Source: Phyllobates terribilis
Taxonomy: Eukaryota
Direction: 5' to 3'
DNA length: 64,000 nt
NCBI RefSeq assembly: GCF_046119375.1
Contig: NW_027362769.1
Coordinates: forward strand, 381,362,001-381,426,000
Shown here: piece by piece, positions 22,836-47,140 of the stretch
How positions within the stretch are numbered: position 1 is the first letter of the stretch
Layout of the letters: every line of letters starts with the position of its first letter
Made by a program: the position numbers and the translations under genes
The notes under the pieces: model-generated
What the model saw: the letters and a program-made list of their open reading frames with translations, nothing else
Told to the model about the DNA's origin: nothing
Databases searched by the model: none

Positions 22836-23021
22836 TTCTGATGCCACAGACTCTCATCCTTCCTGCCAGTTCCTGTCCTGCTGCCCTGTAAGAGCTGGCG
22901 GCCTCCTCTATTTAAAGAAACAGGCGCCTTCTGCTTGTGTTTCTGCTCTGCATAGCAACTCTCCAGGGGAGGGAGAAATATTAACCCCTGCAAGTCTGTA
23001 TTGTATCTAGTCAGCAAGGGG

Positions 23022-23112
23022 ATAGATAGAAAGAAAGATAGATAGATAGATAATACAGATCGATAATAGATAGATGATAGATAATAGATAGATGATAGAT
23101 AATAGATAGATA
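23022..23112. repeat. Imperfect (TAGA)n microsatellite
   Basis: Direct. Confidence 0.85.
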
Positions 23113-23471
23113 ACAGATATTATATTATTAATTATGTATATTTTCTCTATAGGATCCTCCACTATGTGTCACTGTAAGTAGGGAGCACTTTATATGATCC
23201 TCTGTTATGTGTGCAGTAGATAAATCAAAATACCTCACTGACTAAGCCCTATAAGGTATACAACATAAGAATGTGTGTATATAGTAAGCTGGAGAGTCAA
23301 ATGACTGATAAATAAGGGCTGAAGTACAGGGCAAAACCAAAAGACAAACAGCACATTAGACAGGAAAAATAAATGGTAACGAGCCCACATATATATTTTG
23401 GTCTAAAAGATGAACACAGTGGTTAAAAGGCGTCATCCACAGCAGGAGAGGACATCCAAATAAAATACATA

Positions 23472-23890
23472 CAGTACAGACCAAAAGTTTGGACACACCT
23501 TCTCATTTAAAGATTTTTCTGTATTTTCATGACTATGAAAATTGTACATTCACACTGAAGGCATCAAAACTATGAATTAACACATGTGGAATTATATACT
23601 TAACAAAAAAGTGTGAAACAACTGAAAATATGTCTTATATTCTAGGTTCTTCAAAGTAGCCACCTTTTGCTTTGATGACTGCTTTGCACACTCTTGGCAT
23701 TCTCTTGATGAGCTTCAAGAGGTAGTCACCGGAAATGGTCTTCCAACAATCTTGAAGGAGTTCCCAGAGATGCTTAGCACTTGTTGGCCCTTTTGCCTTC
23801 ACTCTGCGGTCCAGCTCACCCCAACCCATCTCGATTGGGTTCAGGTCTGGTGACTGTGGAGGCCAGGTCATCTGGTGTAGCACCCCATCA
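23472..23890 (-). mobile_element. Truncated copy of the DD38E Tc1 (TIR plus transposase C-terminus)
   Basis: TA-cagtacagacc TIR; minus strand encodes DGVLHQMTWPPQSPDLNPIE...FEEPRI*, near-identical to the 2359-4659 copy. Confidence 0.93.
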
Positions 23891-24378
23891 TGGTATCTTT
23901 GCTTTGGGATAGGAGGTTTTACTATCATCATTTTTTGGCTATTGTTGGTACATATTGATTTGTGATACTTTTTTGTGGTTTCTACTGAAGGATCATGCTT
24001 TTTTAAATGCTTATAAATCTCTACGTTGTGTCTAGTTCTGTATTCACTCAATAAAAATTATGATATTTTTTATCCATATGCTCCCTGTCTAATTATACAT
24101 ACCACTTTTTCTTGCTGTATGTCTTTGGTCCTGCCGGGCAGAGACGCCTCATCGCTGCGGTCCCGGTCCGGGGTCCTGCGGCTCCCCTGCTGAATCTGCC
24201 CGGGATGCGCGCACCATGCGCAGTTCTCTGGGCACTGTACTTAGGGCGCGCGCTCCCTCCCTCTTAAAGGGGCCGCACGCCATTCTAAAGAGTCCCCGGC
24301 CAATGGAAGGAGGACTGCTCCTATATAAGGCACCTCCTCCAAAATGCTCTGTCCTATCTGCGGACAGTCAACTCCCAC

Positions 24379-27300
24379 TTGGACGCGCTGTCCACCCCGA
24401 CTGTGTCCACCTCTAACCAAGCGGCACCCGCTCCGGCGGCACCTCAACGCAGAGGCGCTGTGGCATCCGACTTAGGACCCCGGCTTTCTTCCCCTCCATG
24501 TTTCGGTGGTAACCCTGCCCTATGTCGGGGCTTCATTAATCAGTGCACGCTGCGCTTTGAGCTCCTGGCACACCAGTTCGCCTCTGACCGGGCCAAGGTG
24601 GCATTCATCATGTCTCATCTCACCGGAGAGGCGTTGGCGTGGCTTAACCCTCTGTGGTAGAGAGGGGATCCTCTGGTTTCCGACCTCCAGGCCTTCCTCG
24701 CGGCTTTCCGAAAGGTGTACAATAAGCCCGGACGAAAATCTTCGACTGCCTCCTCTCTTCTCCAACTCCGCCAAGGAGTCTCTCTGTGGGACAGTATGCC
24801 ATGCTTTTCCGCACCCTCGCATCTGAACTTGCCTTGAACAATGAGGCTCTGGTGTCCACCTTTTGGTAGGGCCTTTCCAGACGGATCAACGATGAGCTAG
24901 CCGGTCGTGACATACCTCCCTCTCTAGACGACCTGGTGTCATTAGCTACACGGATCGACATCCGTTTTCAGGAGCGTTCAAAGGAGGCGACTCGTGAGAG
25001 AAGGCCCCTGCCCCTCGCACCAACCTTCCAAAGGCCAGTCTCGCAACCAGCATCCCCTCCGGTGTCTTCTCTAGAGTCTATGCAAATAGAGCAAGTTAAC
25101 ATGGTCAAGTCTCGTCAGGAGATCCGCCGCGCAGAGGGGAGTTGCTCCTGTCCGGTGAGACCGGGAAACTCCAGTGTCTAGGACCGCTCGGAGAGGTCAT
25201 CCTAGGCAAAAGTTCTTCCTCTCCTCCCTTGACTCTGTCCGTTTCAGTTACCAGTCATGAGACCCGCTTCTTCGAGACTGCCTATCTGGATTCCGGAGCC
25301 ACTGGGAACCTCATTCAACAGGCCGCTATGGGGCGATATCGGATTCCTACCATACGTCTGGCTGATCCTTTAGCGGTTTCCTCTGTGGATGGAAAGCTTC
25401 TCTCTGAGACCATCTTGTTTGTCACTGAGCCTGTAACTCTTCAGGTGGGAATGCTACATTCGGAGAGGATATCCTTTTACGTGCTGTTCGGTCTTTCTAA
25501 TCCCCTCTTGCTTGGCCTGCCTTGGTTACAGAGACATGAGCCCGTCCTGAATTAGAGATCTGGTGAAGTGCTTCGTTGGAGTCAGGAATGTCATAAGTCC
25601 TGTCTGGTTCCGGCTCGTCCTGCTCGACTTCCGTCTACTCCAGCTAACCTACCTGGCCTGCCAGCACCCTACTGGTCATATGCGGACGTCTTTGATAAAA
25701 AGGAGGCAGAGACACTACCACCTCATAGGCCGTATGATTGCCCCATCGACCTAATACCTGTTGCTTCACCTCCTTGCGGGCGAATCTGCCCCTTGTCGCT
25801 GGCCGAGACCCGTGCTATGGCTGAGTACATAGAACAGAATCTTGCTAGGGGATTTATCCAGAACTCCACCTCTCTGGATGGAGCAGGATTCTTCTTCGTC
25901 AAAAAGAAAGACGGCTCTCTTCGTCCATGTATCGACTATAGGGGCCTAAACCAGATTACCATCAAAAATAAGTACCCCCTGCCTCTCACCTCAGAGCTGT
26001 TTTGCCGCCTAAAAGGCGTGAAGATCTTCACTAAGCTCAATCTTCGTGGGGCATACAATCTGGTCCGTATTCGCCAGGGAGACGAGTGGAAGACGGCATT
26101 CAACACTCGGGATGGTCACTACGAGTACCGCGTGATGCCCTTCAGTCTCTGTAATGCTCCAACCATCTTCCAGGAGTTAGTGAACAACATCTTCCGAGAT
26201 CTCCTGTATTCCTGCGTGGTGGTGTACCTAGACGATATCTTGGTGTTCTCCCCTCTTACCGGAGGGATGTTCGTCAGGTACTGCTGAGGCTCCGGAAGAA
26301 TCGCCTGTATGCAAAGCACGAGAAATGCTTCTTTGAGCAGACCTCCCTACCACTTTTGGGGTATATCATCTCTGAGACCGGACTGCGGATGGATCCCAAG
26401 AAGGTGTCTGCCGTCTTAAAGTGGCCCCGACCTGAGGGGTTGAAGGCTATTGAGTGGTTTCTGGGATTCGCTAACTATTACTGCCTCTTCATTCCTCATT
26501 TCTCCTAACGGACTGCTCCCATCTCTGCTCTCACCCGTAAAGGAGCAAATCCCAGGGAATGGACTTCCGAGGCGGAAAGTGCCTTTGTCTCTCTTAAGCA
26601 AGCCTTCTCCTCCGCTCCAGTGCTACATCGTCCAGATTGCAATAAACAGTTCTTCCAGGAGGTTGATGCCTCTTCCTCCGGGGCCGGAGCAGTGCTCACC
26701 CAGAAATCCTCGTCCGGGCGAATGGTGACCTGCGGCTTCTTCTCCAAACTCTTTTCTTCGTCCGAGCGCAATTACTCCATAGGAGATCGAGAACTGCTGA
26801 CCATCAAATTAGCGCTGGAGGATTGGCGCTACTTTCTTGAGGGGGCTCTGCACTCGGTGGTCATCTACACTGACCATAAAAACCTTGTTTACTTGCAGAC
26901 CGCCCAAAGACTAAATCCGCGTCAGGCCAGATGATCTTTGTTCTTTGCTCGTTTCAGCTTCACTCTCCATTACCGCCCAGCAGACAAGAATATTAAAGCT
27001 GACGCTCTATCCCGCTCTTTTCTGTCTACCGACCAAGAGGAGGAGCCTCTACACATCATTGACCCCTCCAGAATAATGACTGTTGCTCCGTTTGACCTGT
27101 CTCACCTACCTCCTGGTAAGACCTTTGTAGCGGATCAGGATCGGAAGAGGGTCTTACTCTGGGGTCATTCGTCCAAACTGGCTGGTTATGCCGGCCAGAG
27201 GAAGATGCTTCTGCTCATGGCCCGACATTATTGGTGGCCCACCCTGGGCAAGAATGTTGCGGATTTTGTTGCCGGCTTGTCCCTCCTGTGCCAGTAACAA

Positions 27301-28415
27301 GATACCTAGGCACCACCCAGCTGGTCGTCTCCTTCCTCTTCCCGTGCCTTCTGCTCCTTGGCAACACATTGCTATGGACTTCATCACTGATCTTCCGGTA
27401 TCTGTCGGTTCTACCGTCATATGGGTGGTCACTGATCGCTTATCCAAGATGACTCACTTCATTCCTTTGCCTGGTCTTCCGTCCGCACCTGTGCTGGCTA
27501 AGGACTTCATCCGTCACATCTTTCGTCTCCACGGCTTACCCCTCCATATTGTCTTGGACAGAGTTCAGTTCACTTCTCGCTTCTGAAGAGCCACGTGCAA
27601 CCTGGTGGATGTCACTTTGGACTTTTCTTCAGCCTATTATCCTCAGTCCAATGGTCAGGTGGAACGTATTAATCAGATCCTTACGAGTTTTCTTCGGGAC
27701 TTTGTCAACGCTCACCATAGCGATTGGGTAGAACTTCTGCCTTGGGCCGAGTTTTCTTATAACAACCATGTGAGTGAGTCCTCTGCTAAGTCTTTTTGTG
27801 GTTTACGGTCGACACCCCCGAATTCCGTTTCCCGTCTCTTCTTCAGTGGACAATCCTGCTGCGGACTCTCGTCAGTGACTTTTCGGTGATTGGGAAGACA
27901 CTAGATCTGCGCTTCTTCAGTCCTCCGAGCGGATGAAGAAGCATGCTGATAAGAGACGTCTGGATCCGCCTCTACTTCGTCCGAGAGACAAGGTCTGGCT
28001 TTCTTCCAAATATGTCCGTTTCAAGATACCATCATACAAGTTGGGCCCGCGGTTCATCGGTCCTTTCGAGATTCTGAACCAAATAAATCCAGTGGCGTAC
28101 AAGCTGAAACTCCCTGATTCCTTACGGATTCCCAATTCCTTTCATGTGTCTCTCCTCAAGCCTGTTGTCCTTAATCCTTTCTCTGACGATCCAGTTACCA
28201 CCCCAGCTCCAGTCTCCGCGGAGAACGTCTTTGAGGTTGAGAATATTTTGGCCATCAAGAGAGTAAAAAGAAAGACTTTCTTTCTTGTGGATTGGAAGGG
28301 GTTTGGTCCTGAGGAGAAGTCTTGGAAGCCCAGGGAGAACATTCATGCTCCTCATCTTCTAGAAAAATTTCTTGCGGGCTTAAAGAAGTGGGGGCGTAAA
28401 GGGGGGGTACTGTAG
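24379..28415 (+). pseudogene. Gypsy gag-pol remnants with stops and frameshifts
   Basis: Gag (CRGFINQC), protease YLDSGATGN, RT ([20 protein letters not shown]), RNase H (EVDAS, YTDHKNL), integrase (HIAMDFIT, QSNGQVER), chromodomain (FEVENIL...FLVDWKGFGPEEKSW). Confidence 0.92.
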
Positions 28416-29228
28416 CGTCGGCGTCTCTGCCTTCTGCCGGGCAGAGACGCCGATCCCCCCACCGCCGCGGTCCCGGTCCGGCGTCCTCCGGCTCCCCTGC
28501 TGCATCTGCCTGGGATGTGCGCACCATGCGCAGTTCCCCGGGCACCGTACTTAGGGCGCGCGCGCGCCCTCCCTCTTAAGGGGCCGCACGCGCCGTTCTA
28601 AAGAGTCCCCGGCCAATGGCCGGAGGACTGCTCCTATATAAGGCACCTCCTCCAAAATGGAGGTGCCTCTACAAGGTTGTTGTGTGCTAACACTCTCCTC
28701 AGCCCTCAGGTTCCAGTGCCTGCCTATCAGCCGTGCCCGCCTGCCTGTCTATCAGCCGTGCCGGCCAGCCTATCAGCCGTGCCGGCCAGCCTGTCTATCA
28801 GCCGTGCCCACCTGCCAGTCTATCTGCAGTGCCGGCCAGCCTGTCTATCAGCCGTGCCGGCCAGCCTGTCTATCAGCCGTGCCCGCCAGCCTGTCTATCA
28901 GCCGTGCCCACCTGCCTATCAGCCGTGCCCGTCTGCCTGTCTATCAGCCGTGCCCGTCTGCTTGTCTACCCACATCACTTGCCTGTCTACCAGCCGTGCT
29001 CATCTGCTGTGCCTGTCGGCTTTGGCCATCAGTCCCATGGGAGTCGCCTGCTCTCACACAAGTTCGGTCCTAGAGTGGCACCTGGATCACCTTCCCGGTC
29101 CCTCCTTGGTTCACGGAGTCGACTAAGCCGCCGTGTGGCCAGGGTCGGTCCGGGCAGGCACTTAGTTACACCCCTCTGGTCCCTGCTTGTATCACAGCAC
29201 AGAGGTTCCACCACCCGGATTCGTAACA
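28411..29228 (+). repeat. Gypsy 3' LTR with TATA box and internal ~20-24-bp tandem repeat (28720-28990)
   Basis: Starts tgtagcg right after the PPT; TATATAA at ~28635; the end at 29228 (gtaaca) is the best guess, 29170 (gttaca) is an alternative. Confidence 0.75.
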
Positions 29229-29429
29229 TCATGTTTAATGGCGCCAGCCCTAAAGCGCATATCGGCGCAATGCCTTTGTCTGGGGGTGGCATCATCCCAG
29301 CAGGAAACAGTGTAGAAGCAAGTCCCCTCCAATCAGAAAGCAGGGGCCATCAGCTTGTTCCTGACCCGCCGGCCACGTCGCTGAACACACGTCACAGTGA
29401 CCAGTCACATGATCCCACGAGGAATGTCC

Positions 29430-30003
29430 AGTGGATCCTCCACCATGTTTCCTGTAGGATAGGGACACTTTTTTATAGGTTCCTCCAACATGTGTCCTGT
29501 AGGTCGGGGGCACTTTTCTGTATAGGATCCTCCGCCATGTGTCCTGCAGGTAGGGGGCACTTTTCTCTATAAGCTCCTCGGCCATGTGTCCTGTAGTTAG
29601 GGGGCACTTTCCTCTATATGCTCCTCTGCCACGTCTCCTGTAGGTAGGGGGCACTTTCCTCAATAGGATTCTCCACCATGTGTCCCATTGGTGGGGGGGC
29701 AGTTTTCTCTATAGGCTCCTCCACCATGCGTCCTGTAGGTAGGGGGCACATTTGTCTATAGGCTCCTCTGCCATGTGTCCTGTCGGTTGGGGGCACTTTT
29801 CTCTATGGGATCCACCGCCATGTGTCTTGTCAGTTGGGGGCACTTTTCTCTATAGGATCCTACACCATGTGTCCTGTAGGTAGGGGGCACATTTGTCTAT
29901 AGGCTCATTTGCCATGTGTCCTGTCGTTTGGGGGCACTTTTCTTTATGGGATCCTCCGCCATGTGTCCAGTCTGTTTAGGGCACTTTTCTCTATAGGATC
30001 CTG
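29430..30003. repeat. ~47-bp minisatellite (ggggcacttttctctataggatcctccgccatgtgtcctgtaggta)
   Basis: Direct periodicity, diverged units. Confidence 0.9.
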
Positions 30004-30582
30004 AAGATTTTTGGATGCTGAACAACACGTTGTATCTTTGCCACTGATAGGCTGACCTGGTGAGGTGGATTCCCGAAGCCGCAGGTCAGGGTAGACTCAC
30101 GTACCCAGGGCAATGGCACAGAAGGCTGGAAGCCACATAGAACACTAAGACCTGGTCAACTGGTTATGCTGGGTGGCAGACATACAGGTGTGGCAGTGCT
30201 TGCTGGAAGCCACAGGAACCAGGAGGGTAAATTAAGTGGATAACGTCAGGTCTGAAGCACCACATAAATATAGATGACAGAATCGCTTAATGTAAACCAT
30301 CTCTGATAGCAGTTTGTGATGCTCACAGCAAACGATTGGCTAACCAGCAAATCTGAAGGTTCACGGAAATCACAAGAGTTTGCAAAGATAAATGCAGTAA
30401 ACCAAATATTCAAATTGCACATAATCAATAAATGTGGCTAGGAACGGAATGAGTAGTATAGTTCCCCCAGAAAGAATATAGCCAAGTGAAAGGAGGTGGA
30501 GTACTCCTAAAACATCTGGTCAAAAGAGAACGTGGAGTAACCATAAACCACCAGAGCTGGAGAAGGATGGAAGTATCCCATG

Positions 30583-30624
30583 CAACCCCGACGCGCGTTT
30601 CGCTTTCCGCTTTATCAAGTGAGA
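30583..30624 (-). ncRNA. Degenerate or variant hammerhead motif (U3-A8 core) in a probable Penelope remnant
   Basis: Minus strand: ttgataa-a-gc-ggaaa-gc-gaaa-cgcgcgtc; palindromic stem III ACGCGCGU, GUC site; stem I weak. Confidence 0.4.
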
Positions 30625-31085
30625 TAAATGCAGTGTACAGATAAGTTTCCCAATGTCAGTTCTTAGCGCTTACTGCAAGCGATGGGTTATTTGGCTGGTC
30701 TTGTGGAACCGTAGCTGCTGGTTGCAGAATCGGATACGTCTGAGGGGATAGTAGCAACAGAAGAAGCTGGATACTGACTGAGTCCAAACAAACAGCAGCT
30801 GAACACAGAGCTGTTTCATCACCCAGATACAGGTGTGCGTCCAACTGGGCCTTAAGAGGCCTATGGAGATGATGTCACTGAGACGACTTGTAAAACTTGA
30901 CGTGGCCCAGCCCAGATGAGACAGGTGTATAACATTCGCATTTCTAACTAACTTGTATAGAGTTATCTCCTCAGTTTTCCTCTTCCCATCATGTCCAGTG
31001 AGGTTCTTAACTGTTCTATGTAGAGCACCATTTCTTATGACATTTGGAATTGTTGAAGCTGCAATGTCAATGGAGTCTTGTACTC

Positions 31086-31325
31086 TTTAGACTGCTTGTG
31101 CTTAGTGATAATATCATTTACACTGCTTGTGCTTGGTGATACTAGCATTTAGACTGCTTGTGCTTGGTGATAATATAATTTAGACTGCTTGTGCTTGGTG
31201 AAAATATAATTTAGACTGCTTGTGCTTGGTGATACTAGCATTTAGACTGCTTGTGCTTGGTGATAATATTATTTAGACTGCTTGTGCTTGGTGATAATAG
31301 CATTTAGACTGCTTGTGGTTATAGA
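31086..31325. repeat. 31-bp minisatellite (tttagactgcttgtgcttggtgataatataa)
   Basis: Period 31 (31086, 31117, 31148...). Confidence 0.9.
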
Positions 31326-31595
31326 TAATAGAATTTCTGGTCTGCATAGAAAGCTCTCTCACTTTAGCCATTATACACAAAGAACTGAAATAAAACTGGT
31401 CTTTCTGAGGGTTTCACTTAGCATTATCAAAAGATGTTGACCACTAATTTCTTAGTGACTGTCAAGACATGTTTTATCATGTCCACCAAGGTGTTTTTTC
31501 TACTGCAGATGCCTTTTTATGGTGCAGCAGCATGAGCCCCAAATGGGTGGAGCAGGGCGTCTATTGACACTGGAGCTCAACTCTAGGGGCCTAGA

Positions 31596-33810
31596 TCTCA
31601 GAAACCTCTGATCCTGGCTGTTCAGGAATCTCTGATCCCGGATGTTCAGAAACCTCTGATCCCGGCTATTCAGAAACCTCTGATCCCGGCTATTCAGAAA
31701 CCCTCAGATCCGGGCTGTTCAGAAACCACCTCTGATCCCTGCTCTACAGAAACCTCTGATCCTGGCTGTGCAGAAACCTCTGATCCTGGCTATTCAGAAA
31801 CCTCTGATCCTGGCTGTTCAGAAACCACCTCTGATCCCTGCTCTACAGAAACCTCTGATCCTGGCTGTGCAGAAACCTCTGATCCTGGCTGTACAGAAAC
31901 CTCTGATCCTGGCTGCACAGAAACCTCTGATCCCGGCTGTTCAGAAACCTCTGATCCTGGCTGTGCAGAAACCTCTGATCCCGGCTATTCAGAAACCCTC
32001 AGATCCCAGCTGTTCAGAAACCACCTCTGATCCCTGCTCTACAGAAACCTCTGATCCTGGCTGTGCAGAAACCTCTGATCCTGGCTGTGCAGAAACCTCT
32101 GATCCTGGCTGTACAGAAACCTCTGATCCTGGCTGTACAGAAACCTCTGATCCCGGCTGTTCAGAAACCTCTGATCCTGGCTGTGCAGAAACCTCTGATC
32201 CTGGCTATTCAGAAACCTCTGATCCCGGCTATTCAGAAACCCTCAGATCCCGGCTGTTCAGAAACCACCTCTGATCCCTGCTCTACAGAAACCTCTGATC
32301 CTGGCTGTGCAGAAACCTCTGATCCTGGCTGTGCAGAAACCTCTGATCCTGGCTGTACAGAAACCTCTGATAATGGCTGTATAGAAACCTCTGATCCTGG
32401 CTGTTCAGAAACCTCTGATCCTGGCTGTGCAGAAACCTCTGATCCTGGCTGTGCAGAAACCTCTGATCCTGGCTGTGCAGAAACCTCTGATCCTGGCTGT
32501 ACAGAAACCTCTGATCTCGGCTATTCAGAAACCTCTGATCCCGGCTATTCAGAAACCCTCAGATCCCGGCTGTTCAGAAACCACCTCTGATCCCTGCTCT
32601 ACAGAAACCTCTGATCCTGGCTGTACAGAAACCTCTGATCCTGGCTGTTGAGAAACCTCTGATAATGGCTGTTCAGAAACCTCTGATCCCGGCTCTTCAG
32701 GAATCTGTTATCCTTGTTGTTCAGGAATCTCTTATCCCGTCTGTTCAGAAACCTCTTATCCCGGCTATTCAGAAACCTCTAACCCCGGCTATTCAGAAAC
32801 CTCTGATCCCGGCTGGTCAGAAACCTCTGATCCCGGCTGTTCAGAAACCTCTGATTCCGGCTGTTCAGAAACCTCTGATCTCAAATGTTCAGAAACCTCT
32901 GATCCCGGCTGTTCAGAAACCTCTGATCCCGGCTGTTCAGAAACCTCTGATCCCGGCTGTTCAGAAACCTCTAATACCGGCTGTTCAGAAACCTCTAATA
33001 CCGGCTGTTCAGAAACCTCTGATCCCAGCTGTTCAGAAACCTCTGATCCCGGCTGTTCAGAAACCTCTTATCTTGGATGTGCAGAAACCTCTGACCCTGG
33101 CTGTTCAGAAACCTCTGACCCCGGCTGTTCAGAAACCTCTGACCCCGGCTGTTCAGAAACCTCTGACCCCGGCTATTCAGAAACCTCTAACCCCGGCTAT
33201 TCAGAAACCTCTGATCCCGGCTATTCAGAAACCTCTGATCCCGGCTGTTCAGAAACCTCTGATCCCGGCTGTTCAGAAACCTCTGATCCCAAATGTTCAG
33301 AAACCTCTGATTCCGGCTGTTCAGAAACCTCTGATTCCGGCAGTTCAGAAACCTCTCATCCTGGCTGTCCAAGAATCTATTATCCTGGTTGTTCAGGAAT
33401 CTCTGATTCCGGCTGTCCAGGAATCTCTTATCCTGGTTGTTCAGGAATCTCTGATTCCAGCTTTCCAGGAATCTCTTATCCTGGTTTTCAGGAATCTCTG
33501 ATCCCGGCTGTCCAGGAATCTGTTATCCTGGTTGCTCAGGAATCTCTGATCCCGGCTGTCCAGGAATCTGTTATCCTGGTTGTTCAGGAATCTCTGATCC
33601 TGGCTGTCCAAGAATCTGTTATCCTGGTTGTTCAGGAATCTCTGATCCCGGCTGTCCAGGAATCTCTTATCCTTGTTGTTCAGGAATCTCTGATTCCGGC
33701 TGTCCAGGAATCTGTTATCCTGGTTGTTCAGGAATCTCTGATCCCGTCTGTTCAGGAATCTCTGATCCCAGCTGTTCAGATATCTCTGATCTTGGCTGTT
33801 CAAATAACTG
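31596..33810. repeat. 24-bp minisatellite (cagaaacctctgatcccggctgtt), ~90 units
   Basis: Direct periodicity; source of the QKPLIPAV pseudo-ORFs. Confidence 0.96.
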
Positions 33811-34658
33811 TGATCCTAGCTTTTTAATTTTCACGTCAGTTATTGCATACGGTAAACCACTTGTCATTCCTTCCCGACCAGATGTTTTTCCATTTTTTTT
33901 TTTTATTTTGCTCTTTCGTTTTTTTTTCTCTCCTTCTTCCAGAAACCACAACTTTTTTTTATTTTTCCCTCGCCATCGCGCTGTATGAGAATTTTTTTTT
34001 CACTCGTTTTCCAGAAAATTATAGGAAAAAATGCACGGAGTCACGAATTTTATAAAAAAAACAAACAAAAACAACGTCATTTTTAAAACTTTTTTTAAAA
34101 ACTTTTTACCTAATTTTAAAAACTTTTTTTTAAACTTTTTACTGTATTTTAATAAGGGAATCATTTGATTGTTTGTGCTACATACAGCAACACCATGGTA
34201 AAAAAAAAAATAACGGTCTCCTATGAACAGGAGCACCGATCAGACAGGCACGTGGGAAGGGGGGTCTTCAGCAGATCGTCAGCTGTCGTGAGGACCCATG
34301 GGCGCCCTGCGATCACGTCCCTGCACAGATTGACACTGGCATTTCATAGGTTAAAAGCCTCACTTGCGGCCGCTAGAGGCAGAATATCACAGACAACGAT
34401 GCGGGCTCAGCTCCTGAGCCTGCATTAAACACAGGGAGCCGGCTTGTGACTTAATAGGAGGCCAAACGGCGGTAAGAGGTTAAATAAAAACAAACAGAAA
34501 AACTGTTCGAATTGTTAATACATGGAAAAGTAGGAGTAAAAATTATTTTTACTGTCAGAGCGAGCTCACTGATGGATTCTCAGTTAACTCATTCGGCAGC
34601 CAGTAATATCAAAGGTGCAACATTATTAATGTAAATAACGAAAATGATTTCTACATGC

Positions 34659-34715
<57 letters not shown>

Positions 34716-34809
34716 GTCCCGGAAGGTGGACCACTCCTTTAAGGTGACATAAAGAGTGGAGAATCCCTTTAAATGTGGAGGAACACAACATAGAAGTGAC
34801 GGTTGCTGC

Positions 34810-35134
34810 AGCTTAGCGCCCCCTGCGGAGATACTGCGCCCCACGGTGTCAGGGCATGCTGGGAATTGTAGTCCCCAGCAGACAGTGTGCAGCACCGGTC
34901 TATCCCCGCTGTCACTAACCTTCTGCTGTCTGCTATCGCGAGAGTTCCAGCAGTGACGTCACCTGGCTCCGCCCCCTCCTTTCACGTCGTTCTCGCGAGA
35001 TGTAGCTGGGCGCATGCTCCAGGGAGTCTCGCGAGATTTCGGCGCGGTGAGTGAGCTCGGCCTGTGCTCCAGCTCTCTCGGCTCCCCGGCACCGGCTCTC
35101 CTCCGCGGAGGGAGGCGGGAGACTTCCCCGCACC
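34810..35134 (+). promoter_or_regulatory. COPS3 CpG-island promoter and 5' UTR
   Basis: CTCF-like tccgcagggggcgcta (-, 34814-34829); ZNF143/THAP11 ACTACAATTCCCA (-, 34860-34872); CRE TGACGTCA 34954-34961; GC box; TCTCGCGAGA at 34991 and 35027. Confidence 0.8.
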
Positions 35135-46628
<11,494 letters not shown>

Positions 46629-46788
46629 AGGGAGGAGGGGACAATCTTGCACCCCCCAACTCCAGAATGTGGATTGTCAGCAATGCAAAATTTTTTTTGT
46701 TTGTTTGTTCCAAGTTGGACTGCAAAACAAAGTCTTCGATAACAAACTGGGAGAACGGCCACCACCTTTATGCCTGGACATTTAACTG

Positions 46789-46794
46789 AATAAA
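46789..46794 (+). terminator. Candidate COPS3 poly(A) signal (second AATAAA at 46890-46895)
   Basis: AATAAA 160 nt after the stop codon. Confidence 0.6.
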
Positions 46795-47140
46795 AAAAAA
46801 AAATGGAAATCCAATATTTATGATAAAAAAAGTTCTTCTCTCAGTCCTGTATGCGTTCAGTTATATTCTGAGGAGCAGAGACGACCTATAATAAAGTCTG
46901 TTGTGAATTTGTCTCTGGAGCTTCATTTACTTGTGTGCGAGAGCGGCAAGGGAGAGGGGGGGAGCGGCAAGGGAAATGTATTCTCCTGGACCACAGTGAC
47001 CTTCCTTCCATCGGGGTCATCTGCGCTGTCGCTGCATCACTATAGATGCATTTGGCTGAGATCTATTATTTTAAAGGTCTGCGCTCTCGAGGACGCGGTA
47101 ATAAATCAATTTGCAGCCACACAGTACGTTTGATCAAGTC

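Larger units (their letters stand above)
24116..29228 (+). mobile_element. Ty3/Gypsy chromovirus-type LTR retrotransposon, decayed
   Basis: Partial 5' LTR ~24116-24346 similar to the 3' LTR start; PPT ~28383-28408; 3' LTR TG...CA; gag-PR-RT-RH-IN-chromodomain order. Confidence 0.93.

Noticed and set aside
20841-23010. 527-670-aa ORFs in all three + frames
   Set aside because: They are translations of the stop-free 50-bp minisatellite; the same peptides cycle through the frames.
23891-24110. AT-rich segment with AATAAA resembling a Penelope tail
   Set aside because: No intact hammerhead core or ORF found; family cannot be assigned.
30010-31060. Possible LTR/DIRS fragments
   Set aside because: Suggestive composition only; no terminal repeats or ORFs that I can demonstrate.
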